Source of the DNA: Utricularia gibba | Lineage: Eukaryota; Plantae; Magnoliophyta | DNA: 64,000 nucleotides | Reading direction: 5' to 3' | Assembly: GCA_002189035.1 (NCBI GenBank) | Contig: NEEC01000010.1 | Span: 558,001 to 622,000, forward strand | In this document: positions 14,701 to 29,599 of the stretch, piece by piece | How positions within the stretch are numbered: position 1 is the stretch's first letter | How the letters are laid out: every line of letters begins with the position of its first letter | Program-made: the position numbers and the translations under genes | The notes under the pieces: model-generated | What the model saw: the letters and a program-made list of their open reading frames with translations, nothing else | What the model was told of the DNA's origin: nothing | Database searches by the model: none

Positions 14701-16601
14701 AAATTTGTATGCTATCAACTATGATCTGAAGATCCCAATAACATAAGTGATATTCATGAGTATCTTACTCAGATGTCATCTAAAAAAAATAAAATACATT
14801 ATATACAAAAGAATAAAAAAAGAAATATAAAATAATACCTAAAACTTGGCTATTTCAAAATTCAGAGTTTCTAAAGAATAAGAAACTTTTGTAAGAAAAC
14901 AATAATTTTATTTCCAAATTCAAATGCCGTGTGGTGTGTTTACTAGCTACTGCTTAGTGCTTGCTAAACCCTAAAATTAAAAGACAAAATGCAGAATAAG
15001 AAACCCATCCACACCTGGTGCATGTGAATAAAAAACAGGAGAAAATTTAATTCACATAAAAAAAAATAGTTACAGAAGTACTGAATGAACAAAACAAAAA
15101 AATATCCAATGACAAATTGAAATCGTAAAAAAAAATTCAAAATATTTGAAGTATATTCAAGTTTCCACTGTGATGATTTTAGAAGTTGAAAGAATGGAGT
15201 ATATTAATTATTAAGCCGATTAGTAAATTAAAATATATTAATATTTTGTAAATATTTGTGTATCATTTCGCATACGGGTGTATGAGTTTTAGAAAGCTAA
15301 GCACAAACCCAACTCAATAGCATCATGGGTCTGAGTCAAACAACCCAAAGCCCATAACCGTACCCATTTGGGTTGGTTAGTTCAGCTATGCATAGACTAA
15401 GACACATTCACATCTCTAGTAAAAAGTGTCAAGAAATATAATACAGTGTTAACACACAAATCAATGTCTGGAAATAATATGTAAAAAAAATGGGAAAAAG
15501 TCATTTTAAACACCACTAACATACAAAGCAATGTTTAGAATGATCTTTTTTTCTTTGTTTTATACATATTTTTTGTGATATATAATTTTTTATTTTTAAC
15601 ATTATTTTCAACTTTATATAAATTGCAAAAATATTTTATGAAATATTTTTTTGACAAAAAAAAATTATACGAAGATTTGTTATATTGAACAAATGAGGGT
15701 TTCAATATAAATATTCAGGTCATTGTTTTTATTCTCACTATAATACTTCTATTTTTTTATTTTTTATAATACAGTTGTTTCTATTATAACTTTACATAAA
15801 TATTTTATTATTAAAGACACCGGTATTTTTAAAAAGATTAAAATATTTTAATTGAAAAAGAAAGTAAACATTTTCAATGTATTTTTATGTTTAATTGATA
15901 AATATTTAGATATTTTAATTGAAAATATTTAAACATTTTCATTTTATTTTTTATTAATAAAAATTTATTTCAAAAACTATTAAAAAAATAATAACACACA
16001 CGAGTTCTATATTTTAATAAAATTTGATCATATTTTGTAACACTTGAAAATTAATGGTATACTAGCCTAGTTGATCATATTTTAATAAAATTTGGATTTG
16101 TTAATAGTTTTTTGGTCTAAATATTTTTGACAGAAATTTATTTTTTTAAAAAAAATTTAAAATTCATATTTCTTTGTTTTGTTGGTATTATGTGAGTTAA
16201 AATATAGTCAGATTTAGATTAATGAATTTTTATTAATCATCTGAATTCATGTTATCATTACAATTTTGGATTTTTTTTATTTTTTAATCATTTTGTTGTC
16301 AACAAAATTGTTACGTTGAATTTTTTTGGCAATGATATTAGAAGTCTTTTTATCCAACAAAATATTTTTATAAATTTACCTATTAATATATTTTGATTAT
16401 GAAAATATTATTTCGACATATATTTTTATTAGAGTGCTTGTATTTTTTCCATCATGGTTTGATTTGTTTCGAAGTATATAATTCAATACCAAAAGACGAA
16501 TTATTTGGATTGAATACATTGAAAATTATCCATAAATCTTTGATTATATCTTCATTTACCATTTCAATTGTTTTATTAGATATGAATTTTGTTTGTATTT
16601 A

Positions 16602-17684
16602 TGATAAGTGATTTTGAGTTGTTCCAAAACATGTTATTCTATTACTCTTAAGTGTTGTTTTTATTTATATTAAACTCCACTTTCTCATTATTTTTAATTG
16701 ATTTTATATTTTTCACACTATTTTGATCTCTTTGGAGAGAAAGTGTATTTTATGGATTTTTAAGGCATTTGTGAATCAATTTGAGGACAAATCAAGACCC
16801 ATCAAATTATGAACTTGATGGGCCACGAATCTCAGCTCAAGACTTGGTCAAACGATGAAAATTTGGTCCAATATTCGTGGATAACATAGAAATATGAAGA
16901 TGATCTTCGAAAATTTAAATAAAAAATTTGGATACAAGATCTTATGCAAACCCATCAAACAACCTCAATACAAAGATTTGGATCTACTCTCCTATAAATA
17001 TCTCACTCTCTCAACCATCAGAAACGTCTTTAACTACTTTTTTTTGTATTTTTTGTATTTTCGTATCTATTTTCATGTTAGAGTCGAGTCTGTGCATGTA
17101 GGCACTTGCGACTTAGGATCTGCGGTGAAGCCTTACTTGCGCAGGTCCTGCACGTGTGACTGTTTTACTATGTTTTTCGACATTTAATTTGAGTTTTGAG
17201 TTTGTTTTTCGCAATATTTTCTTTACCAACGTGCTCTTTTGTATCACATAACCTAAAGGGAGTGTGAGAGAATCAAATGTTAGCCTCAAGCATCTAAGGA
17301 GGAGGGTTCAATCGGACATCGTTGGTAAAACACATTCTATCTAATCTGTCTGCGATGTGTGAAGTGTAGGAGCTAGATTTGGATGTGGGGAAAACATGAG
17401 TTATCACAGGAGGTGAAATGGTTTTGGTGGTGTGGTTGATTCTATAATTCCACTAAACTATGGACGGTGCTCTAACGGTCAGTTTGAGCAAACATGTCAG
17501 TTCTCAAGGTTTACTAACACAAGTTTGGGTGAATTTAAAGCCACTTTTCTTATTATTTTTAAAACCAAATCTTTCTCTTGTTTTCAGTTTTTATTTGAAA
17601 AGAAAATTTTAATAACAATTCCTTATGGATTCGATCTTATTTTATTACTTCGACGGTTTCTGTGCACTTGCAAATTCACCATCA
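16602..17684 (+). mobile_element. Solo LTR, family D (older copy)
   Basis: TGATAAGTGATTTTG...GCACTTGCAAATTCACCATCA, TSD ATTTA/ATTTG (4/5), inverse-similar to 3246-4438. Confidence 0.8.
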
Positions 17685-17893
17685 ATTTGTTTGTTTACAA
17701 TATTTAAACGAAAATAAATGATCTTAATTGAAGCAAACACAATTCAAACACACTAATTTTTATTTAGGGATTATGAGTTCAAATTTCTTTTGACCATACT
17801 AATTCTTATTTTTTAAAATAAAAATTTTAAATAATACGAATTTTTACTCTATTCATATTCGATGAGCTCAAACATGATCAGGTTTAGATAGAT

Positions 17894-20800
17894 TGATAAC
17901 ACATATTTTTTAGTGTTTAAAGGTAATAAAATATTTCATGTTTTGCTACAAAACTCAACTTTTAATATGTATTTATATGGTTTTGCAAGTATTACCACTA
18001 TTGCTTCATTTATTCTTAATTGGGACTAAATCGTAGATGTAGGTAGGAAAATTAGTGGTTTATATCATAAACAGATCTAATTAGAGGTAAACCAAAAATT
18101 AGAAAAAAAAAGGGATTGGATAGAGTTGATTCTTTGCTTGTTAGATGAATGATTTTAAGGTTGAATGGGATAGTTATAGCGATTGGGACTAAATGCTACC
18201 CCTGAACGTCCCAAGGTGTCACCATATTTTACTTTAGATAAGGATTTGATTATTGTGAAACTTGTATTTCTAGCTTAGACTAAATTTCCAATCGTGACAA
18301 AAACATCATGCATCAACCTTTACAGGATAAGCCCTTAGCTCTTTGTGTTCGACCCTAATGCACTTTATTTATATTCCTCATAGCATTAGTTGTGAATTAG
18401 GATTATAAATTTTATTTGATAGGACAATTTGTAATTTAAAGACGTTGCATAATTTTTGTTTATCAAGTTGAAGCCGGTGTCGGGGAGTAGTGTTTAATTG
18501 TTGTGTGTTTTAGTTGATGCATTTGCGTTTGATCTTGTTTTATACCCAAAAATCAAAAGAGCTATCAGTAATAACTGCATAAGAGTTAAAGAAGCATCAA
18601 GGTTGAGAAGACTCTCTAATGCAACTCAAGTTAATTTAATAATGTTAGAACAAGAAATTACCCTGAATGAGTTTGATGCAATTGATCATATGTATTGGGG
18701 GTTGTGCATCAGGTTTTCTAATGACACATCCAATTAATTGAAGCTTGCAATGATCAATTTTCTGTCTAAGTATTATGGAAAGATGGGAGAAAAGTCACAC
18801 GAACATCCAAACAAGGTCACTGCTGTTTGCACCTCCTTTAAGAGTGTTGAGATGACTGAGGATGCCATCTGTATGGGGATATTTTAATTTACGTTGAAGA
18901 GAAGTGAAAAAATGTGGTTCAATTTGCTGAAGCCTAGAAGCATCACAAACTACTCAAAGATGAAGAAAGTATTTCTCCATAAGTATTTTTCTACTTCCAA
19001 AGATGAAGGGATACGAAAAGAGATCAATGACATTGAGTTAACAAGTGAAGAATCTCTACATGAATATTGGGAGCGATTTAATATACTGTTAGGCTCCTGC
19101 CCACACCATGGATTTCAAACCAATGCCAAGGTAAAGTATTTTTATGATGGGGTAAAGTATAGGGTATGGTGGATTCAGCTGCAGGTGGATTATAGGGTAA
19201 AGTATTCTTAATCCACTTGAGCACTCCAAGCATATTATAAAAAAGCAAGCATCAAATGGAAGAGTTTCTGAGCTGGAATGCAAATCAAAAACATCAGAAA
19301 AGTGAGCTGATGAAAAATGTGGCTGCTTTGATTCAGATGATAAAGTAATTATTTTTATTCTAAGCTAAGAATATACCTTGTGGGAACTGCCACAAAATGG
19401 GACACATTGTTGATAAATGTTACGATTTGCTAAATGAAGAACATGTGAAGTCAATGGGATATCTGGAGCCATGAAAAAAAGAAATATGATCCTTATTCGA
19501 ACACTTACAATCCAAGATGGAGAGATTATCCAAATTTTAAATTGAGCAACAATGATAAATCTTCCAAGAGTGAAAGTTAATTTGCTGGACAGCAAGGATT
19601 TTAGCAAAATTTCTAGGACTAGTAGCAACGTTCTTATCAGGCTTCACCATTTTGCAAACCAAACCAGCAGGTCCAATAGCAATTTCAACCTCCAAACTAG
19701 AATAATTCTAAAGGAAATTCTCGAGGTTCATTGGAGGAGATTTTGAAGATTTTCATGACTCAATCTATTAAAAATCAAGCTGAGAAACAACAAGTTATAA
19801 AAAACTTGGAAATTCAAGTAATTTAGCTGGCGACAGGGGTTGGGGAGGTCAAACAAAAAAGAAGCCTACCGTCATAAGCCAAACAAAATCTCAACTTTGA
19901 GATAGGACAGAATATTAGTACAATGATATTGAAAAATGGAAAAGAAAAACTTGGAAGAGAATTTTTACAACATGAGCGTAACTCCAAGGCAGGAGAAGAG
20001 TATGAAGTAGTGGTGGAAGGAGATATTGAAGAACAAGAGGTGGAGGCGAGATATTGCTAAAGAGCCTCTCATGGAAAAAGTAACCCCACCACCATTTCCA
20101 AGAAGTCTAAAGGCGAGAGAGGAACAAAATGAGAAGAAAAAAATGTTGAGAGCTTTAGGCAATATCCAATTGAACTTGACTCTTCTTCAGTATATTGACC
20201 TTGTTTCGAAAAGCATGAAGTGAAGCATCTCTGTATGTCAAAGCCAAAACTGAAGGAGAAAGGCAAGATGAAGTTGAGTGAAAGTTGATAAGCTCTTCTC
20301 ACTTGGAAGCTACCAGAAAAGTGTAAGGACCCTGGAACTTTTTTTATTCCTTGAAAAATTGGCGACTTGAACATCAGGAGAGCAATGTCTAATATGGGAA
20401 CCTCCATAAATGTAATGTCATTTTCTGTGTATGAGACTCTTAGGCTAGGATTTTTACAAGCCTCAGAAGTGCAAATTGAGCTTGCTGATCAAAAAGTAAC
20501 TTTACCAAAAGAATTGGTTGAAGATATCCTGGTGAAAATTGAGTAGTCTGTGTTTCTAATAAACTTTTATGTGGTAAATATGTATGCTGGAAGTTCAAGG
20601 GATACAATAGAAGTGGTAAAAAAAGAAATTGTCAAACTTCATGATGCAAGTATTATCTATTCCATCACAAACATCGAATAGGTGAGTCCAATCCATGTAC
20701 TGTCCAAGAAAACTGGTATGACAGTGGTGGAGAACGAGAAGAGAGAGCTGTTGAAACAAAGAATCCAAAATGGGTGACACGTGTACAGACTATAGGAAAT

Positions 20801-23800
20801 TGAATGAAGTGACTAAAAAGGACCATTACCTTTTACCTTTTATTGATCAAATATTCGAAAAATTAGCAGGAAAATCTTTTTATTGCTTTTTAGATGGTTG
20901 TTTTGGATATAACTAAGTTGCAATTTCAGGTACGGATCAAGACAAGACCACTTTCACATGTTCATTTGGGACCTATGCCAATAGTAGGATGTCCTTTAGG
21001 TTGTGCAACGCCCTTGCTACATTCCATAGTTGTATGACTAGTATCTTCTTAAATTTTGGTGAGGATTTCATTTAAATTTTTATGAACGATTTTACAGTGT
21101 ATGGAGAGGATTATGAGTCATGTTTAGATCATTTGGATCAAATATTGTGAAAATGTGTTGAAAAAAATCTTGTTCTTAATCCTGAAAAATATCATTTTAT
21201 GGTTGATTATGTAATTGTGGTTGACTATGTTATTTTTAGGAAATGTATTGAAGTAGACAAAGAAAAAATTGAGATTATGACTGAATTACTGTATCTCATT
21301 GATGTAAGAGGTGTGAATTTTTGGGACATGTTGGTTTTTATAGAAGATTTATTCAGACTTTTTCTAAGATTGCTTTGCCTCTTAGTAGACTTTGTACAAT
21401 GATGTAGAATTTATTTTTGATGATTCATGCAAAAAGACTTTTAATTGATTGAAAGAGGCAGTGACCACTACTCCTATGATGCAACCATCAGATTAGAGGT
21501 ATGATTTTGAAATTATGTGTGATGCTAGTAGCCATGCTATAAGAACAGTTTTGGGACAGAAAATTGAAGGGAAGCACCATGTCATTTCTTACACTTCCAA
21601 AACATTAGATGAGGTGCCAAGAAATTACATTGTGACTGAAATAAAATTTTTCTCTGTGATATTTGCCATCGAAAAATTCAGGTCTTATCTTTTAGGCAGC
21701 AAGGTGATTATTTACATGGCTCATTCAGTTGTGAAGCATTTGATGTTGAAGGACTCAAAACCAAAACTTATCAAATGGGTTCTTCTTGTCTAGGAATTTA
21801 ATGTTGAAATTAAGTATAGACCTGGGAAACAGAAAATGGTGGCTGATGATCTAAATAGGATAGAAGGGAAAAAGAATGATTTCCCTATCACTGAAACGTT
21901 TTCAGATGAACAATTATTCTTAATTAGGACTAACATTCGTGAACTGTGGTTTGCTCACTTTGTCGACTTTGTTTTAGTAGGAGTGATGCCACCAGGAATT
22001 GATTAGCATACAAAGAAAAAATTGAAGAGTGACGTCAAATATTATATATTGAATGATTCAAACCTCTGGAAGAGATGCAATAATGGTGTCAAATAGGGAG
22101 ATTAAACAAATTCTAGAAAAGATAGTGAACCCGAATAGGAAAGACTAGAGCATGAGGTTGAGAGATGATTTATGGGCGATTTGAACAGTATACAAAACAC
22201 CAATTGAGACCTCTCCATTCAAATTAGTTTATGGAAAACCTTGCAGGTTACCAGTGGCGTTAGAGCGCAAGGCCTAGTGAGCTGTGAAGAAGTTACACCT
22301 TGATGAAAGTTTTAGTGCTAGTCAAAGAAAACTATAGCTCTCAGAATTGGAAGAACTGAGGAATGATGCTTACGAGAGCTCAAAATTGTTCAAAGCTAGG
22401 ACTAAAGCTTATCACGACAAGCACATTTCCAGAAGAACCTTTAAGTTGGCAAGAAAGTGTCTCTATTTCAATCCTGATTGAAGTTGCATCTAGGGAAACT
22501 CAAATCTCGTTGGATTGTTCCATTTGTGGTGAAGGAGGTTCTCCTAAACGGAACTGTGGAGATTTATGATGGAGATACTATTGAAGTTTTATTGTGAATG
22601 GACATAGGTTGAAGATTTTCTATGAAAATCCTCAAAACAAGGAAGAAGTTGAAGTCCTTATTCTAAGGTATACAGGAACAACGTAGTACATGCTGAAAGT
22701 CGGGTTCAAGACTGAAAACAAGGATGCTCTTGGGAGGCAACCCAAGTTTAAAATTCATTTTAGTTTTGTGTTTTTATTTTATTTTATTTCGCTATGCTTT
22801 TTTAGACTATGCTAGGAGTTATTTTTGATATGTTTTGTGGTCTTGATAAGAGAAAGGGGTAATATGTTGTAGTTATAGGGGAGTTACTTTCAAGAATCGT
22901 GATTAACCACTGGATTTTATGGAGTTACCCTTATCTCTTGTAACTTTGGGGGTAAATTCCCTCCTAATGTTTAGTTTGTTTCAAAATCCTTCGCTTGTTC
23001 TTGAGATATGCAGAAAATCTCTCCCAAGATGCTTGCTAAGCGCCAACACCAAGAACTAATGTTGTAAGTAGAGAATTGACATGTTGTATGACAGGTTTGG
23101 GGACTTGCTGTGGGAAATAAAGGAACTGAAACATAATGTGAAAGGACTCCTTCCTAATCAAATAACAATCATTGCATCTGTTGTGTTTTATTTTATTTTT
23201 ATTTTTATTTTTACTTCTTTGTGTTAGTTTAAGTTAGGAATAATTTAGTAGTTTGGTACTAGGATCAAGAGAATATTGTGAGCTATTTGAGGAATTTCCA
23301 TATGCATGTGTGATGTTTTTCATGATGTATAGGATGCATGAATTCTGCTATAACCGTTTATATAACTGTGAACATGACTATTAACTTGCTTACTTTCATG
23401 ACATAGCAACATGTGTGATGGATTCTAATTTGTGCATTCAAGATTTTTTTTGTGCAAACTAGCATATCTAGTTCTTTAATAGATATTGATGGTTGAAAAG
23501 CTTATAGAAGGATGAAAAAAGGGTTAGAAAAGCATCATCATGAGAAAAGCAATGAAACCTCATGTCTTGAAAAGCAACACAAAATTAAAAAGCGTGTGTG
23601 GACAAAAAAGTAAAGAAAAAAGAGAGATTATTGGAATAACTCACATAAGTAGAAAACCCTCAAGAGGAATAAAGAGAGGAGTGCTTAGCTCACACTCCAT
23701 ATACAAATGAGGGGATTAACAATTACTTGAGTTGAGCCTAGAATCTTCTCGAATCACAAATCTCTACGCAAAACAAATAGAAAAAAAAACCAAGGAAGAG

Positions 23801-26220
23801 AGGAAGAAATGAAGGGTGACCATCAGTATCTCTTTGAAAGTCGAAATGTGTCATGTTAGCTTATTTAATCTTTGGAAGCACTAATTTTGATGAAATTACC
23901 ATGTGTGCTTGAGTGATAACCCGTCTTGCACACTAGCACTCTTTCAATTCTTGGATTCTGGATATAAATGTTAAGTGTCTGCATGATTGTTTGGAAATCC
24001 CTCAACTGGTTAGCTCCTATTAATATTAATTAGGACTTGAGTACAAGTTTAATGTTGTTGTAGCATAATGGAATAACACATATTTTTGAGTATTTTAAGG
24101 TAGTAAAATGACTAATGTTTTGCTGCAAAACTTAAATTTTATTATGTATTTCTATGGTTTTACGACTAGAACCGCCGTTGCATCTTTTATTCCTAACTAG
24201 GACTAAATCGTAGATTTAGGGCCAATCATAGTTCTAATACTTCCTGATGACACACATTTTTCCTGGATTTTATAATACAAAATAGTTATATTTTATTGTG
24301 GTTTAGGTTAGATAAATGTGGTTTTTCATCTTTATGTGTGTTTAAGTTAATTTTGTGTGTTTATGTTCAAAAGTGGTCTAAATCCCTTGATTTAGTCCAC
24401 CACCTTTGTTACTAATGTTTGACTAAGTTCAGTAAAGAGTTCAGCCAAAAAATCAGGCTTACAAATGTGTGGAACAAGTGAAAAAGGGTGCAATACCCGA
24501 AGAGAGACAAAGAGCACTGTTCTGCCACTGCATGCAGTCTGCAAGTTCAGGGCGGGAACAGTGATGAGGTTAGGAACAGTGCAATGGAGTGAAGGAGGGG
24601 AGATATTTTTCGAAAAGGAGAGAAAGCGGGAACAATGGACAGATGCGACTAGCAGAGAACGCACGCAAGGGGGCTTCTCCCCCAACGCGAAAAATACCAA
24701 CCAGAAGAGGGGAAGAAGGCCCTCATTGTCAAGAGCAGCATCAGAGCCCAATCCAGCGCTACTGTTCCGCGCCGTGGATAGTATCAATCAGGCGACAGAA
24801 CAATCTTTATTTTCTTTCCGTTTTCTGAACGTTTCGAGTTTTTGTACCTGATTTGCTTACAATGTTTCTGTTCTTTTCACTACATTATTTTCCAAGTATG
24901 GGTAGCTAAAGCCTTAGGGATGCCTTAAGGTGAAGTAAGATGGTGTGTGCTTAGGGTTAATAATGAAATTTATGTTTGTTCCTTAGCTCTTGTTTCTATC
25001 AATCCATGGGTAGACCTAAGGAGGGGAATAAGTAGTTTTACAACTAAGATGCTTGGTTTAGAGGTAGACCAAAAAATCAAGACGAGAGCAATAGGTGTTA
25101 GTCCGGGGTAGAACCAGTAGAAACAGATAGACCTAATTGCAATGTTGGTTATAATATTGAGGACTAGCGTAGCCGAAAATATGATGAATGACTTGGGTAG
25201 ACTTAGGTTATTTGAAGTTGTGAGTGTAGGAACATGGTAAATTAAATTAAGCACCTTAGCATAAGTTCACCTGCAGATCCTTAAGGCATCTTCATGTTAT
25301 TCTGAGATAGAACCAGTACTTATTGCCTTTCGCATTGAAACCTAATTCCGTTTACTGAACTTACTTGCCATTACTAGTCCAAGCTTAGACTAAGATCTAT
25401 TGTTATTCCTTATCATGCATTTATTAAAACACTTAGCAAGCATAAGCTCTTCGTGATCGACCCCCACATCTATTATACAAGTTTTCTAAATTTGTATTTT
25501 GTGTAGATTATGGCTTATAAATTTATTTTATACAGAGATTTACTTTATTTGCAACGACATTGTTAAAATTTCCATTTATCACTTCCCTTAAGCAATGTTG
25601 TGTATGTAAGTGAACCAAATTCCAAGAAGCCGAAAGAGAATAGTAAAGTGCTAGTAGGTAGGGACAAAATCTGAAAAAGAAAGAACACCAAAATCCAAGG
25701 AGATAGAGATTGGATTTTGGAAATTATGAGAAATAATGAAGAGTGAAAAAAATATCTGAAGGATCTTGAACAACACGCCATAGACTTTTAAGTGGGAGAT
25801 TTGGAGAAAAACTCACAAGAAAAACGAAGAAAATGAACCAGAACCAATCCTCCTTTTTGAATATTTCTTTCGATTATGCAAAACATTACTCTTAGCTCAG
25901 AAAGTTTTAGCTTTTCCGTGCAACTGCTTATGATTTAAGTCACTGCATGTTTTGTTGTTTCTTTTCATGCTGTTAAGTTGTAGAACGAAGATAGTTTTCA
26001 TGCTATGTTATGAAAGTGTTTTCTTTTTCTTTAATATAAATGACTAGGCACTTGGGAGTGCCTTAGGATAAAAGGGGATGATAAGCACTTAACTCCTTGT
26101 ATTCGACTCTAATCCATTTTACTCATATTATTCGTATGATTTGTTGTGAATTAGGATTATAAATTGTATTTGATAGAAGAATTTCTAATTTAATGACGTT
26201 GCATAATTTTTCTTTTATCA
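17894..26220 (+). mobile_element. Full-length but degenerate Athila-like Ty3/gypsy element (A3 LTRs)
   Basis: 5' LTR 17894-18465, then degenerate PBS AGTTGAAGCCGGTGTCGGGGA. gag (ESLHEYWERF), protease-like AMSNMGTSINVMS, RT, RNase H (MCDASSHAIRTVLGQ), and integrase ending VNGHRLK. 3' LTR ~24071-26220. TSD TAGAT/TTGAT. All ORFs broken. Confidence 0.9.
24245..25581 (+). mobile_element. Solo LTR (A2) nested in the 3' LTR of the Athila-like element
   Basis: TGATGACAC...CCATTTATCA, perfect TSD CTTCC, colinear with 44827-46145. Confidence 0.9.
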
Positions 26221-28399
26221 TTGATAAATCTTTTTTATTCATCCTACTTTATGGTTTATATTACAATTTTTTATTTTTAATTATTATTATTTTTATCATT
26301 AAAATTAATCGAAAAAAATAATTTTTTGATTAATAGTAACTTAGAAGAAACTAATTTATCTTAATATACAATAGCTTACATTTCAATAAAAATAAAAAAT
26401 AGGCATTAAAATCATCATTTCAAACTAATAAGTATTTTTAACATAAAAAGTAGCATTTAACATAATTGACATTCAATAGATTTGTATTTGAGCAACATTA
26501 GTCCCTCATTGGAAAACCTAATTCAACCCAATCTTCCTCGCTCATGAGCCCTCAGTTGGTGACCTCTCCCATATACACCTTTCCCATGTTCTCAACGTAG
26601 TATGACTCACAAGTAGCCCTGGGCATAAGTAGGAGTTGATTTGAGTAACTTACAGGTTGACTCATACAGAATGAATATGAGTGACTCATATTTGTATTTA
26701 TTGAGTATGAGTCGAGCCAAGTATTTTTTTTATCCAAGTTTGATCCGAGTCAACTATACCATTTAATGCACACACAATGTTGTTCACTTTTTTTTTTTCA
26801 TTTTGCAAGTTATGACAAGTATTGATTAACATATACGCGGTGTTACACACTACTTTTATTCTTCATAAATTATAACAAACATCTATTTAATACACACATG
26901 GTGATGCATATTACTATTACCGAAAATTATTACAAGCATCACCTAACTTGTACCTTAAATATATAACTCGGGACAACTTGTAATATGAGTTGAGTCCAAA
27001 TGCCCTGCTCGTAACTCCAGGAGTTTATTTTTTTTTATCTAACTTGTTGAATTCGACTCATGATTCGACAAGTATATACTCATGCTAAGGAATACTCACG
27101 AGGGTTTGGCATTGCTCGCCTGTCCAAATTTCAGCCATCGAGGTTGTCTACCCATCCTGAATTGTGAGCATCAGCATTGCTTACCCATTGCATCATTGGC
27201 AAGTCCAACACTGCCAATTGCATTGTCATAAGTCATGATGGCTGACGATCTTGCCCATTGGTAAAGCACCTTGGCCATGCACCACTTGCGTCAACTTTGA
27301 GCTCTGTAGATCTAACGTCGATGTAGGCCCATTCAATCAGGCCTCATCTTGATCTGGGCTTCTCCATCGACCTCGAGATGATCTACTTCTAGTGGGCCTA
27401 GATGCAGGCTATAAGCCAAACCCAAAATATCGCTCCCCTAGCCAAGGTAAGTTCAAAGCACATTTTGAAGTCACCATATAGCAATTCAGGCTATCCAATC
27501 AGACCATGATAGTGCACCAATAATATCTAGGCACAATTTTGTACAATTCAACTAATTGATATGGCCTTCAAATTGACCCAAGAAAGTCTATCTAGTTAGT
27601 TCTAAGTCTAATTAAGTGTATCTAGTTAGATCTATGCCTAATCAATGTGGCCATCAATTTTGTTCTTGGCTTGAACCTTGTGTACAAATTTAAGACATTT
27701 TCAGAAAAAAATAGGTTTATTAATATAAAACTAATATATTGAACTTGCAAAAGTTAACGACTTATACTAATGCATGTCTCGTAAACCTTGTGTGGTCAAT
27801 ATAGAAATTTACTAGATTGAATGAACCCTCAGAATAAATAATAATATTTTCATTAGTTGATCTACATTCTATTTCAATATTTCATAAAGTTGTGTTATGT
27901 TCTTCATTAACATTTAAGTATTACTATATTAAAACTTTAAAAGTCATTATTAAAGAATTCTCTCTCAAGTATGAATCACTATCATCTGGATTGTAAAATT
28001 AATTTCCAATCTGATATATAAAATATGAATGATGTTTAGATCATTTTACACTTACTAACACCTATATCATCATTAATTTTAGATGGATTGCGAGTTTTGT
28101 AGATGTGCAAAGCATCACACCGTGTGCCAAACATACAAAATTCCGTGTATTTCATGCATAGAGTGTTTCTTATGTGTCAAGCATTTAATGTACTGAGTGT
28201 GAATGAGTGTGCCGTAGAATGTTGTGAGTGTGCTAAGAGAGGAGTGTCTTGAGTGCGCTGTAGAGTATTGCGAGTATGTTAAGAATTTAATGTCTCAAGT
28301 ATGCCAAACTTATGTCTTCCCGAGTGTGGCTATAACCGAGTGTAAAGTTTGTGGGGGTTTTTTTTGAATTTTATTACAATACATAGTCAGCATTATTAG

Positions 28400-29589
28400 T
28401 GATGGTAATTCTGCAAGTGCACAGAAACCGTCGAAGTAATAAAATAAGATCGTATCCACAGAGAATTGATATTGAAATATTCTTTTCAAACAAAGATTCA
28501 AAAAGATCGAAAACAAGAGAAATATTTGATTTTGAAGAGAATAAGAAAAGTGGCTTTGGATCTAAGATCCACCTTACTTGAAACTCGCCCTTGCGTGTGT
28601 GCAAACCTTGAGAGCTGACATGCTTGTACAAGCTTTGGGGGTGTTATGCTAAAATAGTGCTACTCGATGACCGTTATAGCACCGTCCCTTATTTCGTGGG
28701 ATTATGAAATCAACCACGCCACCAGAGCCATTTCATCTATTGAGATAACCCATTTTTCCCCACACCCAAATCTAACCCCTACACCTCACACCTTGCAGAC
28801 AGATTAGACAGAATGTGCCTTACCAACAATGTCCGATTGAGCCCTTCTCCTTAGGTGCTTGAGGCCAATCTTTGATTCTCCCACACTCCTTTAGGGCTAT
28901 ATGGTACTAAAGATCACGTTGGTAAAGAAAACGTTGTGAAAAACAAAATCAGACCTTAAATTAAATGTTGAAAAACATGGTAAGACAGTCACACGCGCAA
29001 AACTTGCGCAAGTAAGGCTTCACAGCAGATCCTCAGCCGCAAGCGCTCACACGCGTATACTTGACTCTAAACAACAAAAGTTGATGAAAAATGAAGGGAA
29101 AGGAATCCAAAACATGCTAGACTCAACTCTAAACCCTAGATTGACTCTCTGGTCGTTCATCACTTTGACTCCCTTTAGGTCTTCGCGTTTGGATCTTTAT
29201 ATAATGGTGGGGATTTGTCGGGCTTTCTTGATGGGCTCGCATCAAATCTTCTATCCGAATCTTTGAAGATTAGATACAAATCTTCTAGGATGAGATCCAA
29301 TTTCTCCAAGATAAGATGCGAATCTTATTTTATCCGAGAATCTTTGACCGAGTCTTCATCCGGGTAGACCAAATCTTAGCCTTCATCAAAGTAGCTCGAA
29401 AATCCTCCAAATTATTCCAAATTCGTCCTGAAAAATCACAAAACACACTTTCCCTCAAAAAAGATCAAAGTGGTATGAAAGATATAAAATTCTTCTAAAA
29501 ACATAAGGAAAGTGAGGTAAAAAGAATGCAAAACTCATCTAACAAAGTCCTAAAAAATACAAATATAAGTGATACAAAATCACTTATCA
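28400..29589 (-). mobile_element. Solo LTR, family D
   Basis: TGATGG...CTTATCA, perfect TSD ATTAG, closely similar to 3246-4438. Confidence 0.9.
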
Positions 29590-29599
29590 ATTAGACAAG

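Larger units (their letters stand above)
10967..15418 (-). mobile_element. hAT element 1: transposase pseudogene (Ac/Tam3, SLEEPER-like) with probable 5' terminus
   Basis: BED finger IWEHF...KAQCNHCKK...LKRHF (~12800-12660), catalytic TTDMWTS (~12380), HVHCNAHI, CWDSTY, and dimerisation motif DILTILISTIASKSTFSMGG. Candidate TIR TAGAGATGTG at 15418 with ACCC/GGGT-rich subterminus. Multiple stops. Left TIR not found. Confidence 0.85.

Noticed and set aside
24392-24851. Overlapping 128-131-aa ORFs
   Set aside because: They lie within the purine-rich part of an A2 solo LTR; the frames are not preserved in the 44827 copy.
26610-27480. Possible non-autonomous DNA transposon (GAGTA/GACTC-rich)
   Set aside because: No convincing TIR pair or TSD was found.
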